Origin: Corynebacterium amycolatum
GTDB taxonomy: Bacteria > Actinomycetota > Actinomycetes > Mycobacteriales > Mycobacteriaceae
Reading direction: 5' to 3' (one strand)
Length of the DNA stretch: 32,000 nucleotides
Assembly (NCBI RefSeq): GCF_049243625.1
Contig: NZ_CP046975.1
Each line of letters opens with the position of its first letter. Position 1 is the first letter of the stretch. Below are positions 9,270 to 19,235 of this stretch, one piece after another. The position numbers were made by a program, and so were the translations under genes. The notes beneath the pieces are model-generated. The model saw only the letters and a list, made by a program, of their open reading frames with translations, did not search any database and was not told the DNA's origin.

Positions 9270-10640
9270 CTACCTACGTTGTTCCTCTGCGGCGACTATG
9301 GCGGCGATGGCCTCGCAGATGCGGTCGACCTCGTCATTGGTGCTGATGTACGGCGGCATGGTGTAGACCAGCTTGCCGAATGGGCGCAGCCACACCCCGG
9401 CATCGACAGCTGCTGCGGTAGCCAGGCCCATGTCCACTGGGCGCTGCATCTCCACGACACCGATTGCGCCAAGGACACGCACGTCGGCCACGGCATCGCT
9501 GCTGGCTAGGGGCTGGAGCTGGTCGCGGAATCGGGACTCGATGCGCGGGACATCCTCACGCCACTGCCCTTCTGCAATCAGGTCGAGCTGCGCGCAGGCC
9601 ACCGCACAGGCCAAGGGGTTGCCCATGAAGGTCGGGCCGTGCATGATGCCTCCGCCTGCACCACCGGAAATAGTACGAGCCACATCGGCGGTGGTGAGGG
9701 TGGCTGCGAAGCTCATGAAGCCGCCGGTCAGCGCCTTGCCGACACACATAATATCCGGCACAATCCCGGCCGCCTGCGTCGTGAACAGGTCACCAGCACG
9801 GCCGAAGCCGGTGGCAATCTCATCCGCGATGAGGAGAATGCCGTGCTTGTCACACAGCTTCCGGAGCCCTACAAGCAGCTCATGATCATGGAACCGCATG
9901 CCACCAGCGCCTTGGACCACCGGTTCAACGATGAGGCCGGCGACGGAGTCGTCGATAAGCGAATCGAAGTGCGCTAGATAGCGTGCGCGTTCCTCTTCGG
10001 TTGCGCCGCGGGCGGGTGGTTTGTCGGCGAAGACCTGCGGAGTCCACTGGCCCGTCCACAGCGAATGCATGCCGCCCTCGGGGTCGCAGACGGTCATGGG
10101 CGCGCGGGTGTCGCCGTGATAGCCGCCGCGCCAGGTGGCCAGGCGGGTGCGCTCGGGATGGCCTTTGGCCTGCTGATACTGCAACGCCATTTTGATCGCC
10201 ACCTCGACGGAGACCGAGCCAGAGTCCGAGTAGAAGATGGCATCGAAGCCGGGGCCCGCGAGCTTCAAGAGTTTCTCCGCCAGCTCAATGGCCGGGCGGT
10301 GTGTCAGTCCGCCGAACATGACGTGCGACATGGTGGTGGCCTGCTTCTTCGCGGCTGCGACCAGCTTCGGGTGCGAGTGGCCGTGGCATGCGGCCCACCA
10401 GCTGCTCATGCCATCGATCAGGGTGTGGCCGTCGGCGAGGTGGAGGTTGACGCCCTCGGCGGACTCGACCAGTTTGGGCGCGACCGGCGACGGGATGGGG
10501 CCGTATGGGTGCCAGATGTGGTCGGCGTCGAAGGCTGCGAGGTCGGCGACGGATGCTTGCGTTGGCTGCGGTGTAGGCGACTTCGCGGATGCTGGTGCAG
10601 ACGACGGTACGAGCGGCTGGGTGGTTTCCGAGGCTGTCAT
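9270..10640 (-). CDS. bioA: Adenosylmethionine-8-amino-7-oxononanoate aminotransferase
   Basis: Class III aminotransferase motifs: HIWHPYGP, YSDSGSVSVEVAIKMA, LIADEIATGFGRAG, and MCVGKALTGG with the PLP lysine. I place the start at the ATG at 10640 (MTASETTQ..., 456 aa). The 548-aa track ORF reads back through a repeat element and into the neighbouring gene. Confidence 0.88.
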   Translation of the reverse strand: MTASETTQPLVPSSAPASAKSPTPQPTQASVADLAAFDADHIWHPYGPIPSPVAPKLVESAEGVNLHLADGHTLIDGMSSWWAACHGHSHPKLVAAAKKQATTMSHVMFGGLTHRPAIELAEKLLKLAGPGFDAIFYSDSGSVSVEVAIKMALQYQQAKGHPERTRLATWRGGYHGDTRAPMTVCDPEGGMHSLWTGQWTPQVFADKPPARGATEEERARYLAHFDSLIDDSVAGLIVEPVVQGAGGMRFHDHELLVGLRKLCDKHGILLIADEIATGFGRAGDLFTTQAAGIVPDIMCVGKALTGGFMSFAATLTTADVARTISGGAGGGIMHGPTFMGNPLACAVACAQLDLIAEGQWREDVPRIESRFRDQLQPLASSDAVADVRVLGAIGVVEMQRPVDMGLATAAAVDAGVWLRPFGKLVYTMPPYISTNDEVDRICEAIAAIVAAEEQRR

Positions 10641-10732
10641 GATACTCAAGCATAGTACCTGTACAGCGCCAGACTTGAACACTGTTCGGGGTTGGTGTTT
10701 GGGACTTTTCGCAAGGATTACAGACAGTCTCA

Positions 10733-10807
10733 GCGACTTTACGACACCCATGTCACCTCGTGGCAGCTGTGGAGGTGGCATGAGGTGACGGGGGTGTCGT
10801 GAAGTGA
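10733..10807 (+). repeat. 75-bp palindrome-containing repeat, copy 1
   Basis: GCGACTTTACGACACCCATGTCACCTCGTGGCAGCTGTGGAGGTGGCATGAGGTGACGGGGGTGTCGTGAAGTGA. Internal inverted arms at 10742-10759 and 10782-10799 match 16/18. It aligns with 12281-12355 in the same orientation with about 5 mismatches. Confidence 0.85.
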
Positions 10808-10888
10808 AATTTTGGGCTCGAGGGCAGCGGCAGCGGGCCGGGCGCGGCAGCGGCACCGGCAGGGGGCTAAACCCGATAAGCCAGCCAG

Positions 10889-12049
10889 CTAGTACAACCG
10901 TCCCGCTTGGCTCCACACCTGTCGGCGACGCATAGCCAGCTCAGCCGCCTTTCCTGTGATCGTGATGGGCGGCCGAGCGAAGGCGTAGTTACCGTTGTAG
11001 CGGTTCCCGCCATTTGCCAGGTGACGTCGGATTTCCGCGGCCGTTTGCCTCAAGGTGGCTACTGCGGAGCCGTCGAAAAGCTGTGACCAGACAATCCGGA
11101 TGACATTCAGCCCGAGATTCTTCAGGCGCTTTTCGCGCTCCAACTCCTTTGCGATTGCCACCTGCGTGTCCGCAACCCCGCCGTCGGTGTATTTCATACG
11201 GCCATCGAACTCGACGACCAGCCCAAGTTCGGGCAGATAAAAGTCCACGCGTGCGATGAAGCCACGTTCATCCCGAAAGGAAACCTGCTGAAGCAACGGA
11301 GCCCGAGAATCGTCGACAGAAGCTAGCCCCGCCTGGACGATTGCTTCTTTAGTGAGCGATTCCCCAATGCTTTCCGACGACGCTGTCGCTTGCCGCAACA
11401 ACCTCCTGGCCTGCGCATTTCCCGGAGCACGGGGATACGCAGCCAACGTGGCCAACAGTTCCTCGGTATCGGTGTGGCGCTGGAGGGCGGCGTCGGCAAG
11501 CACTAGTGCATTATGCGGGGTGCGAGAACGGCAGACATCGATGACGGACTTTGGGACATCGGTGACGAGGCGGCCATCGACTTCTACGACGTCCTCGGGG
11601 AGAATCCGGCCGGAGACGCGGATGAGGCGTTTGTGCGGCTGGTACGGGCCATTCGGTGTGCTTCGCAATTGCCCACGCGTGCGGCCGGAGTTGGCTATCG
11701 CGATGGGAGTGCCATGCGTCAGTAGAGGTAAACCATGGAGGGCAGCGGCAGCATCGCGGGTGATTACGGTGGCGGTGCCGCGATGAATGAGCGCTTTGAT
11801 TTCCAGAACGTAGCGTTCGGTGCTGTGTAAGGCGAGCCACCTGTCGACGGGCACGTACGCGCCATGCGCGAGCCACAGAAGGCTGCCGCTTTTGGCTCGC
11901 CGGTGGAGATCACGGTCGGAGTGCTGGCCGATTCGGGAAATTGCGAAGGTGCTGGGACGGGCGCATTCGCACTGCTGGCCGGTACGGATGATGTCGTCGG
12001 CGTCGTAGATCCACTGCGGCATCGGATTGCGCTCCTGAGGTCCAGGCAA
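10889..12049 (-). CDS. AbiEi_4-like N-terminal domain / DUF559 (Vsr-like restriction-endonuclease fold) C-terminal domain protein
   Basis: 386-aa ORF. The N-terminal RRAKSGSLLWLAHGAYVPVDRW pattern is typical of AbiEi-type wHTH domains. The C-terminal VDFYLPELGLVVEFDGRMKY...ELEREKRLKNLGLNVIRIVWSQL is typical of DUF559 proteins, which are common in Corynebacteriales. Confidence 0.7.
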   Translation of the reverse strand: MPGPQERNPMPQWIYDADDIIRTGQQCECARPSTFAISRIGQHSDRDLHRRAKSGSLLWLAHGAYVPVDRWLALHSTERYVLEIKALIHRGTATVITRDAAAALHGLPLLTHGTPIAIANSGRTRGQLRSTPNGPYQPHKRLIRVSGRILPEDVVEVDGRLVTDVPKSVIDVCRSRTPHNALVLADAALQRHTDTEELLATLAAYPRAPGNAQARRLLRQATASSESIGESLTKEAIVQAGLASVDDSRAPLLQQVSFRDERGFIARVDFYLPELGLVVEFDGRMKYTDGGVADTQVAIAKELEREKRLKNLGLNVIRIVWSQLFDGSAVATLRQTAAEIRRHLANGGNRYNGNYAFARPPITITGKAAELAMRRRQVWSQAGRLY

Positions 12050-12280
12050 CTGCTGGTCGGTGGGTGGTGTGTGCTGGGCGGTGCGAGTGTTTGCGTGTTT
12101 GTGTGTTTGCGAGTGCTACGTTCTCATTTTTTGACACACGCGGAGGGTCAGGAGGCGTCGATTTGGCGTTGGCTGTGGATAGTTTGCAGTTTTCGGGAGT
12201 TATCCACAGGGCATGCGGTGGGCGCAACAGGGGGCAAAGACCCGTAGTGCGCAGCGAGCGGCAGTGAGCAGCCCCTAAAC

Positions 12281-12355
12281 GCGACTTCACGACACCCATG
12301 TCACCTCGTGGCAGCTTTGGAGGTGGCATGAGGTGACACGCGTGTCGTGAAGTGG
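12281..12355 (+). repeat. 75-bp palindrome-containing repeat, copy 2
   Basis: GCGACTTCACGACACCCATGTCACCTCGTGGCAGCTTTGGAGGTGGCATGAGGTGACACGCGTGTCGTGAAGTGG. Its 23-bp inverted arms (CTTCACGACACCCATGTCACCTC / GAGGTGACACGCGTGTCGTGAAG) match 21/23 around a 22-nt loop. Confidence 0.85.
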
Positions 12356-12418
12356 ATCGATAACCGTGAAGTGAATCTAAAACGGAGTGGCTCGCCTAGC
12401 CACCACCCCAAGCCCTGC

Positions 12419-13051
12419 CTAGTCCAACGGCTCGTCGATCAAGTCGACCTCTGGCAGCAGCGGAGCCAAGTCAGGCAGCTGGTCTAGCGAATCAATCCCC
12501 AAAAGCTCCAGGAACAGCGTCGTCGTAACGTACAAATGCGCACCGGTGGCCGGGTCCTCTCCCGACTCGGCAATCAGCCCGCGCGCGACCAGCGTGCGCA
12601 TCACACCATCAACATTGACGCCGCGCACACCGGAGACCTGCGCACGCGTGGCCGGCTGCCGGTACGCCACCACTGCCAGCGTCTCCATAGCTGCACGTGA
12701 GAGCTTCGACTGCGAGCCATCCAGCAAGAAGCGCTCCACCGCGCTGGCGTGCGCGGGAGCCGTGTAGAAGCGCCAGCCCTCATCCGTTTCACGCAGCTCA
12801 ATGCCGCTGCGGCGCGCACGGTATTCGTACTCGATTTCGCGAAGCACGTCACGGATATCGCTTGCGGAAACATCCAGCGCCCGCGCCATATCCTCCGCCG
12901 CCACCGGCGTATCGACCACAAGCAGAATCGACTCCACGCCTGCTCGCAACGGGTCAATGGGTGGCAACTGCGCCGGAGAAGCAGACGCAGACTCCGTGGC
13001 CTGCTCGGATGGTGCGGAACTGGTTTCGCTCATGCGCGTCAGATTACGCAA
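12419..13051 (-). CDS. scpB: Segregation and condensation protein B
   Basis: 210-aa ORF with ScpB wHTH repeats: SILLVVDTPVAAEDMARAL, LSRAAMETLAVVAYRQPATRAQVSGVRGVNVDGVMRTLVARGLI. The start is uncertain: TTG at 13051 or ATG at 13033. Confidence 0.88.
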   Translation of the reverse strand: MRNLTRMSETSSAPSEQATESASASPAQLPPIDPLRAGVESILLVVDTPVAAEDMARALDVSASDIRDVLREIEYEYRARRSGIELRETDEGWRFYTAPAHASAVERFLLDGSQSKLSRAAMETLAVVAYRQPATRAQVSGVRGVNVDGVMRTLVARGLIAESGEDPATGAHLYVTTTLFLELLGIDSLDQLPDLAPLLPEVDLIDEPLD

Positions 13052-13094
13052 CCTCCCGCGCCGGGCGCTAATTAGTGGCCGCTAATTAGCTGGG

Positions 13095-13180
13095 CCCCAA
13101 CTCAGCCCCAGCCCAACCAAGCCCGACCGAGCCCGCACCGAGCAGGGCCCAACCACGCCCGCCCGAGCCCGACCGAGCCC
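13095..13180 (-). repeat. G-tract cluster (C-tracts on the plus strand) with a duplicated 15-mer in the scpA-scpB spacer
   Basis: Ten runs of 3 or more C on the plus strand, which are G-runs on the transcribed sense strand. AGCCCGACCGAGCCC occurs exactly twice (13120-13134 and 13166-13180). The minus strand at 13148-13170 reads GGGCTCGGGCGGGCGTGGTTGGG. Confidence 0.7.
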
Positions 13181-13206
13181 AACAGCCAGCACAAATCAAC
13201 AGCCAC

Positions 13207-14049
13207 CTACTCCCAGTTCGCCGCCGCCACGACGGCCGGGTCCACGTCGAGCCCGGTCCAGGCCACGTGGATTTCCTCCAGCGCTTCCTCCTGCTCCACA
13301 CCGATCGCCTTGGCGCGGTAGAGCTCCAGCAGTGCCAGGAACCGCCCGACGACCTCCATGGACACGCGGCACTCCGATGTCAGCTGCGTAAAAGTCAGCC
13401 AGGTCCCCTCGCCTGCCAGCCGCAGCGAGTCCAGAATCTTGCCCGCCTGCTCTGGCACGGACACCGGCACGCCGTGGATGTGGCCGACACCGACTTCCTC
13501 CGGTGGCTTTGGCCGCATTACGACGGCCGCAAACTCGGCAAACTCCCCGAGCGTCATGCCCAGGCGCACGGGCGGCAGCAACTCCTCGAACTGCTTGTCC
13601 GGCCCCACGGCCCGCGGATAGCGCCGCGGCGCAGTCTTCTGCCACTCCTCGAATTGGTCGGCCACCTTGCCATACGCCTGGTACTGCAGCAGTCGGGCGA
13701 ACAGCAGGTCGCGCGCTTCTAGCAGTTCGAGGTCTTCTTCGCTGTCGACGTCGCCACGCGGTAGGAGCCGTGCGGTTTTGAGGTCGAGCAGCGTCGCTGC
13801 CACGACGAGGAATTCGGTGATTTCGTCGAGGTCACTGACTGCGTCGAGGCTGCGCGTGTATGCGATGAACTCGTCTGTGACCGCCGCCAGCGCGACTTCG
13901 GTGACGTCCATCTTTTTGCTGCTAATCAGCTGCAACAGCAGGTCAAAGGGCCCGTTGAAGTTCGCGAGCGCGACGCGGAAGCCGGTGATTTCTTCCTGCA
14001 CGCCCTCGCTTGACGACGGTTCGGGAGTGTAACTATCCGGGGAAGTCAC
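13207..14049 (-). CDS. scpA: Segregation and condensation protein A (kleisin)
   Basis: 280-aa ORF. FRVALANFNGPFDLLLQLISSKKMDVTEVALAAVTDEFIAY is the canonical ScpA N-terminus. The start lies 3 nt after the parA-like stop. Confidence 0.9.
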   Translation of the reverse strand: MTSPDSYTPEPSSSEGVQEEITGFRVALANFNGPFDLLLQLISSKKMDVTEVALAAVTDEFIAYTRSLDAVSDLDEITEFLVVAATLLDLKTARLLPRGDVDSEEDLELLEARDLLFARLLQYQAYGKVADQFEEWQKTAPRRYPRAVGPDKQFEELLPPVRLGMTLGEFAEFAAVVMRPKPPEEVGVGHIHGVPVSVPEQAGKILDSLRLAGEGTWLTFTQLTSECRVSMEVVGRFLALLELYRAKAIGVEQEEALEEIHVAWTGLDVDPAVVAAANWE

Positions 14050-14052
14050 CTA

Positions 14053-14934
14053 TTATTTGCGGCCTTTGCGCTCGATGACCTCGCGGGCCAGGTTGCGGTA
14101 CTGTGCCGCGGCTGGGGTGTTTGGCGCCCAGGTGGTGATGGGCTCACCGGCGACGGAGGTTTCCGGAAAGCGGACGGTTCGGGTGATGACCGTGTCAAAG
14201 ACCTTGTCACCGAAAACCTCGATGAGGCGTTCCATGACTTCCTTGGCGTGGCGCGTGCGGCGGTCGAACATGGTGACCAGAATGCCGGAGACTTCCAGGT
14301 TGAAGTTCAGGCGGTCGCGAACCTTGGCCACCGTGTCGGTGAGCAGTGCCAGGCCGCGCAGCGAGAAGTATTCGGCCACCATTGGGATGATGACGCCCTC
14401 GGCGATGGTCAGCGCATTGACGGTCAGCAGGCCTAGCGACGGCTGGCAGTCAATGATGATGAAGTCGTAGTCATTCATCACTGGGCGCAGCGCGCGCCCC
14501 AAGGCCTGTTCGCGACCGACTTCGTTGACAAGCTGAATCTCCGCCGCCGACAGGTCGATGTTGGCCGGGACGAGATCCAGGCCGGAAACCTTGGTGTGGT
14601 GGATGGCATCACGGACGTCGGTGGTGTCGTCGACGATGAGGTTGTAGACAGTCAGGTCGAGTTCCTCATGAGGGACACCAAGACCGGCGGATAGTGCCCC
14701 TTGCGGGTCCAAGTCAACGAGCAGGACTTTACGGCCGAACTCCGCCAGTGCTGCGCCCAGGTTGATGGTCGAGGTGGTCTTACCCACGCCGCCCTTCTGG
14801 TTACACATTGCCAGGATGACCGCGGGGCCGTGACTGGTCAGGGGTGCGGGTTCCGGTAGCTCGCGCACCGGACGACCGGTGAGACCGAGTTCAACTCGAT
14901 CGGCCTCAAACAACCCTTCTTCAGCCACAGTCAA
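14053..14934 (-). CDS. Chromosomal ParA/Soj-family ATPase (PldP-like by synteny between xerD and scpA)
   Basis: 293-aa ORF with the deviant Walker A NQKGGVGKTT, DLDPQG and IIIDCQPSLG. The position matches the xerD-parA-like-scpA-scpB arrangement of C. glutamicum. Confidence 0.9.
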   Translation of the reverse strand: MTVAEEGLFEADRVELGLTGRPVRELPEPAPLTSHGPAVILAMCNQKGGVGKTTSTINLGAALAEFGRKVLLVDLDPQGALSAGLGVPHEELDLTVYNLIVDDTTDVRDAIHHTKVSGLDLVPANIDLSAAEIQLVNEVGREQALGRALRPVMNDYDFIIIDCQPSLGLLTVNALTIAEGVIIPMVAEYFSLRGLALLTDTVAKVRDRLNFNLEVSGILVTMFDRRTRHAKEVMERLIEVFGDKVFDTVITRTVRFPETSVAGEPITTWAPNTPAAAQYRNLAREVIERKGRK

Positions 14935-15031
14935 TCCCTCTTCCTTGAAGATTTCTCATCAATTCTACTGCGCCACGTAATACCGCCATATATTACCGCC
15001 GCGTAGTAGCGCTACATACTACCGCCGCATA

Positions 15032-15970
15032 TTACCGCGAGTATTCAGCCCGTGGGTGAGCCCCCGCCCAGACTCGTCGCATATTCTCCGCGGTAATCAT
15101 GGTGTAAATCTGGGTTGTCGTCACGGAGGCGTGTCCCAATAGCTCTTGGACCACTCGCACATCGGCACCGCCTTCAATGAGGTGCGTGCCGAAACTGTGG
15201 CGCAGGGTGTGCGGGGAAATTTTCACGCTCAGCCCGGCGCGCTCACCCAACTCCGCCAGCGTATTTCCGGCCGACTGCCGAGACAGCCTGCGTCCCAGCG
15301 AGTTGATAAACAGCGCCGGCCCGGAGTTTGCCCGCACCCAGCTCGGCCGCCCGCGTGTCAGCCACGCATCGAGCGCCGCCATGGCCGGCGAGCCCACTGG
15401 CACAATGCGCTCCTTGCCGCCCTTGCCATGCAGTAACACGAGGTTGGTTTCGCGGTCCACGTCATCGATATCCAGGCCGGTGACTTCTGACACTCGCGCA
15501 CCAGTCGAGTACAAAAACTCCACCAGTGCACGGTTGCGCAGGTCGGTCACGTCTGCGGTGTCGTCGTCGGGAATGGACTCGATAAGCCGGGTGACCTCCT
15601 CAATGCTGAGTGCCTTCGGATACCGCGAGGGCTGCTTCGGCGGCGCCACCCGCTTGGCGACATCCACCTCCAACGCACCCTCACCCACCGCAAACCTGTG
15701 GAAGCTCCGCACGGCCGACAGCGACCGCGTCACCGAGGTCGGGGCCAACGCTGGCCTGCCGGCCGACTTATCTCCCCGCGCCAGATACGCCAGGAACTCT
15801 GTTACGTCCTGCTCGGTGACCTGCGCCAATTCCGTGCGCCCAATCTCCCGCAGGTAGGTGCGGTACTTCTCCAAGTCGCGCTTATAACTGGCGAGTGTAT
15901 TCGCCGACAACCCCTTTTCCACCGCGAGGTAGGTCACGAAGGCGTCGACAAGCGGATCAATTGAACTCAT
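15032..15970 (-). CDS. xerD: Site-specific tyrosine recombinase XerD
   Basis: 312-aa ORF. The N-terminal SAM-like domain reads FVTYLAVEKGLSANTLASYKRDL. The catalytic region reads HTLRHSFGTHL...LLGHASVTTTQIYT. There is an ATGA start/stop overlap with the upstream NUDIX gene. Confidence 0.9.
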   Translation of the reverse strand: MSSIDPLVDAFVTYLAVEKGLSANTLASYKRDLEKYRTYLREIGRTELAQVTEQDVTEFLAYLARGDKSAGRPALAPTSVTRSLSAVRSFHRFAVGEGALEVDVAKRVAPPKQPSRYPKALSIEEVTRLIESIPDDDTADVTDLRNRALVEFLYSTGARVSEVTGLDIDDVDRETNLVLLHGKGGKERIVPVGSPAMAALDAWLTRGRPSWVRANSGPALFINSLGRRLSRQSAGNTLAELGERAGLSVKISPHTLRHSFGTHLIEGGADVRVVQELLGHASVTTTQIYTMITAENMRRVWAGAHPRAEYSR

Positions 15971-16629
15971 CGGATGCGTTTCAGGTCCGCTCCGGTGCCG
16001 AGCTGCTCCGTCCGGCGTTTCGCCAGTGCCGTCGGCCGAATGCCGAACGGCTCCGCGACCGAGCGCGGCGTCGCACCCCTCAGCAGCACCTCCGCCGCCA
16101 GCAGAATGCCGGACAGTGCGATGCCGTTGAGGATCTCTCCGCGCAGCGCCATCGCCACCGCTTCCTCGACGTCAATCCACGACGCAGTCATGTCCGCTTC
16201 CTCATCGTGGGCTTCCGGCTTATCGACGGCACGGAGACCCCTAGCCAAGTAGATCCGGACCGCTTCCTCTGCGAAGCCGGGCGAGCTGAACATATCGGTA
16301 AGCAGGGACCAGGACTCGGCCTCCAGCCCGGCTTCCTCCACTAGCTCACGCTTGGCGGCCTCCAGCGGGTCTTCGTCTGCGACGTCGAGGAGCCCGGCCG
16401 GCAATTCCACCAGACGCTCCCCTGCCGCCTGCCGCCACTGATTGAGCAGGTAGAGGCGGTTATTCTCATCTGCGACAACGACCGCGACAGCGCCGAAATG
16501 CTCCACAATCTCACGAGCGGACACATTCCCACCCGGCATTCGCACCTGGTCGCGGCGGATCGCGAGAATAGGTGCCTCGAGAACAATCTCGGATTCAACA
16601 ACGTCAAATTGGTGCGCCATGAGTTTCAC
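15967..16629 (-). CDS. NUDIX hydrolase (ADP-ribose pyrophosphatase-like)
   Basis: 220-aa ORF with the Nudix box GLLDVADEDPLEAAKRELVEEAGL (REUxEExGU matched). Confidence 0.85.
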   Translation of the reverse strand: MKLMAHQFDVVESEIVLEAPILAIRRDQVRMPGGNVSAREIVEHFGAVAVVVADENNRLYLLNQWRQAAGERLVELPAGLLDVADEDPLEAAKRELVEEAGLEAESWSLLTDMFSSPGFAEEAVRIYLARGLRAVDKPEAHDEEADMTASWIDVEEAVAMALRGEILNGIALSGILLAAEVLLRGATPRSVAEPFGIRPTALAKRRTEQLGTGADLKRIR

Positions 16630-16668
16630 TCTAATAGGTAGGCCGGATTCACCCTCGCGGAGCCAAGG

Positions 16669-18306
<1,638 letters not shown>

Positions 18307-18373
18307 TCAGAATATCGCCTGCGCGGGTATGAGCGCAAGCTATTTTTCACAATGGCGGAGATTACTTACGCAA

Positions 18374-18583
18374 CTAGGTAAGACTCTCAAAAATCATGGT
18401 CGCCTGGATACGGTCCCCGCCCATCAGTCCCTTACTGCCCGAAGAGGCAGTAGTAATCGTGTGCAACCGGAACCCCTGCGAAGCCTTGTCGTTGATTACC
18501 CTCTCAAGCTCTGTCAGATTAGCCGAGCCGGTACCGATGAACTTTTCCTTCAGAACCACCTGAAGAACTTCATAATGAGGCAT
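18374..18583 (-). CDS. Small DUF4177-like protein
   Basis: I place the start at the internal ATG at 18583 (MPHYEVLQVVLKEK...), which has a GGAGGG SD about 7 nt upstream. The 69-aa product follows the DUF4177 pattern: YE..V...K, LE..IN..A.QGF.L, MIF. The upstream 25 codons of the track ORF lack support. Confidence 0.55.
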   Translation of the reverse strand: MPHYEVLQVVLKEKFIGTGSANLTELERVINDKASQGFRLHTITTASSGSKGLMGGDRIQATMIFESLT

Positions 18584-18676
18584 TTTCCGCCCTCCGTTAA
18601 AGTAATTTTCAATATTGCAAGCAAAACAATACTCGGGCGGATGCATAAACGCGACCACGTCGTTACCCTCGGGGCT

Positions 18677-19195
18677 ATGACTGACCTAACGAATAAGAAC
18701 ATTGCAGTTTTGGCCACTAACGGATTCGAGGACTCCGAGCTGACGAGCCCGGCGGGAGCCGTGAAGGATGCCGGTGCGACCGTGCACGTTATCTCCACCG
18801 AAGATGGCTCCATTGAGGGCAAGAATGGCACGAAGGTGGATGTCGATAAGCTCACCAGCAGCGTTTCTGCTGATGATTATGATGCCCTGATTCTGCCTGG
18901 CGGCACCGTAAATGCAGACCAGATTCGCATCGATAAGGATGCCGTAGCCCTGGTAAAGGCATTCGCCGCAGCCGACAAGCCAATCGGCGTGATTTGCCAC
19001 GGCGGTTGGATTCTCACCGATGCGGATGTGCTTAAGGGCCGCACTATTACCTCCTACATCAGCGTCAAGACTGACCTTATTAACGCTGGTGCCAACTGGG
19101 TCGATGAGGAAGTTGTCGTTGACGGCAACCTGATTTCCTCCCGCACCCCAGCTGACCTCGAGGCTTTCAACAAGGCTCTCGTGGAGAACTTCTAA
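18677..19195 (+). CDS. DJ-1/PfpI family protein (type 1 glutamine amidotransferase-like; YhbO/general stress protein type)
   Basis: Start at the ATG at 18677 (MTDLTNKNIAVLATNGFEDSEL..., 172 aa). Nucleophile elbow PIGVICHGGWIL; LISSRTPADL. The 332-aa track ORF is an unsupported upstream extension overlapping the DUF4177 gene region. Confidence 0.85.
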   Translation: MTDLTNKNIAVLATNGFEDSELTSPAGAVKDAGATVHVISTEDGSIEGKNGTKVDVDKLTSSVSADDYDALILPGGTVNADQIRIDKDAVALVKAFAAADKPIGVICHGGWILTDADVLKGRTITSYISVKTDLINAGANWVDEEVVVDGNLISSRTPADLEAFNKALVENF

Positions 19196-19235
19196 GCCAC
19201 TCGGCTTTTAGCATCACCAAAGGACGGCTGTTGCC

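Noticed and set aside
10641-10916. 92-codon N-terminal extension of the bioA ORF in the track (548 aa).
   Set aside because: The extension reads through the 75-bp palindromic repeat and overlaps the 3' end of the DUF559 gene. The conserved BioA sequence begins after MTASETTQ at 10640.
13086-13645. ORFs at 13086-13301 (-) and 13196-13645 (-) overlapping the scpA-scpB spacer and scpA.
   Set aside because: They are out-of-frame overlaps with scpA or translations of the G-tract repeat, giving Gly/Arg/Trp-rich nonsense peptides.
14053-14934. The intact ParA ATPase as a plasmid or mobile-element partition gene.
   Set aside because: High GC, tight coupling to scpA and synteny with the chromosomal PldP-type ParA of Corynebacterium argue for a housekeeping role.
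15032-15970. The tyrosine recombinase as a possible integrase for the accessory island.
   Set aside because: It has full XerD hallmarks. It sits in the conserved nudix-xerD-parA-scpAB housekeeping block, 2.3 kb and two core genes away from the island edge, with core-like GC.
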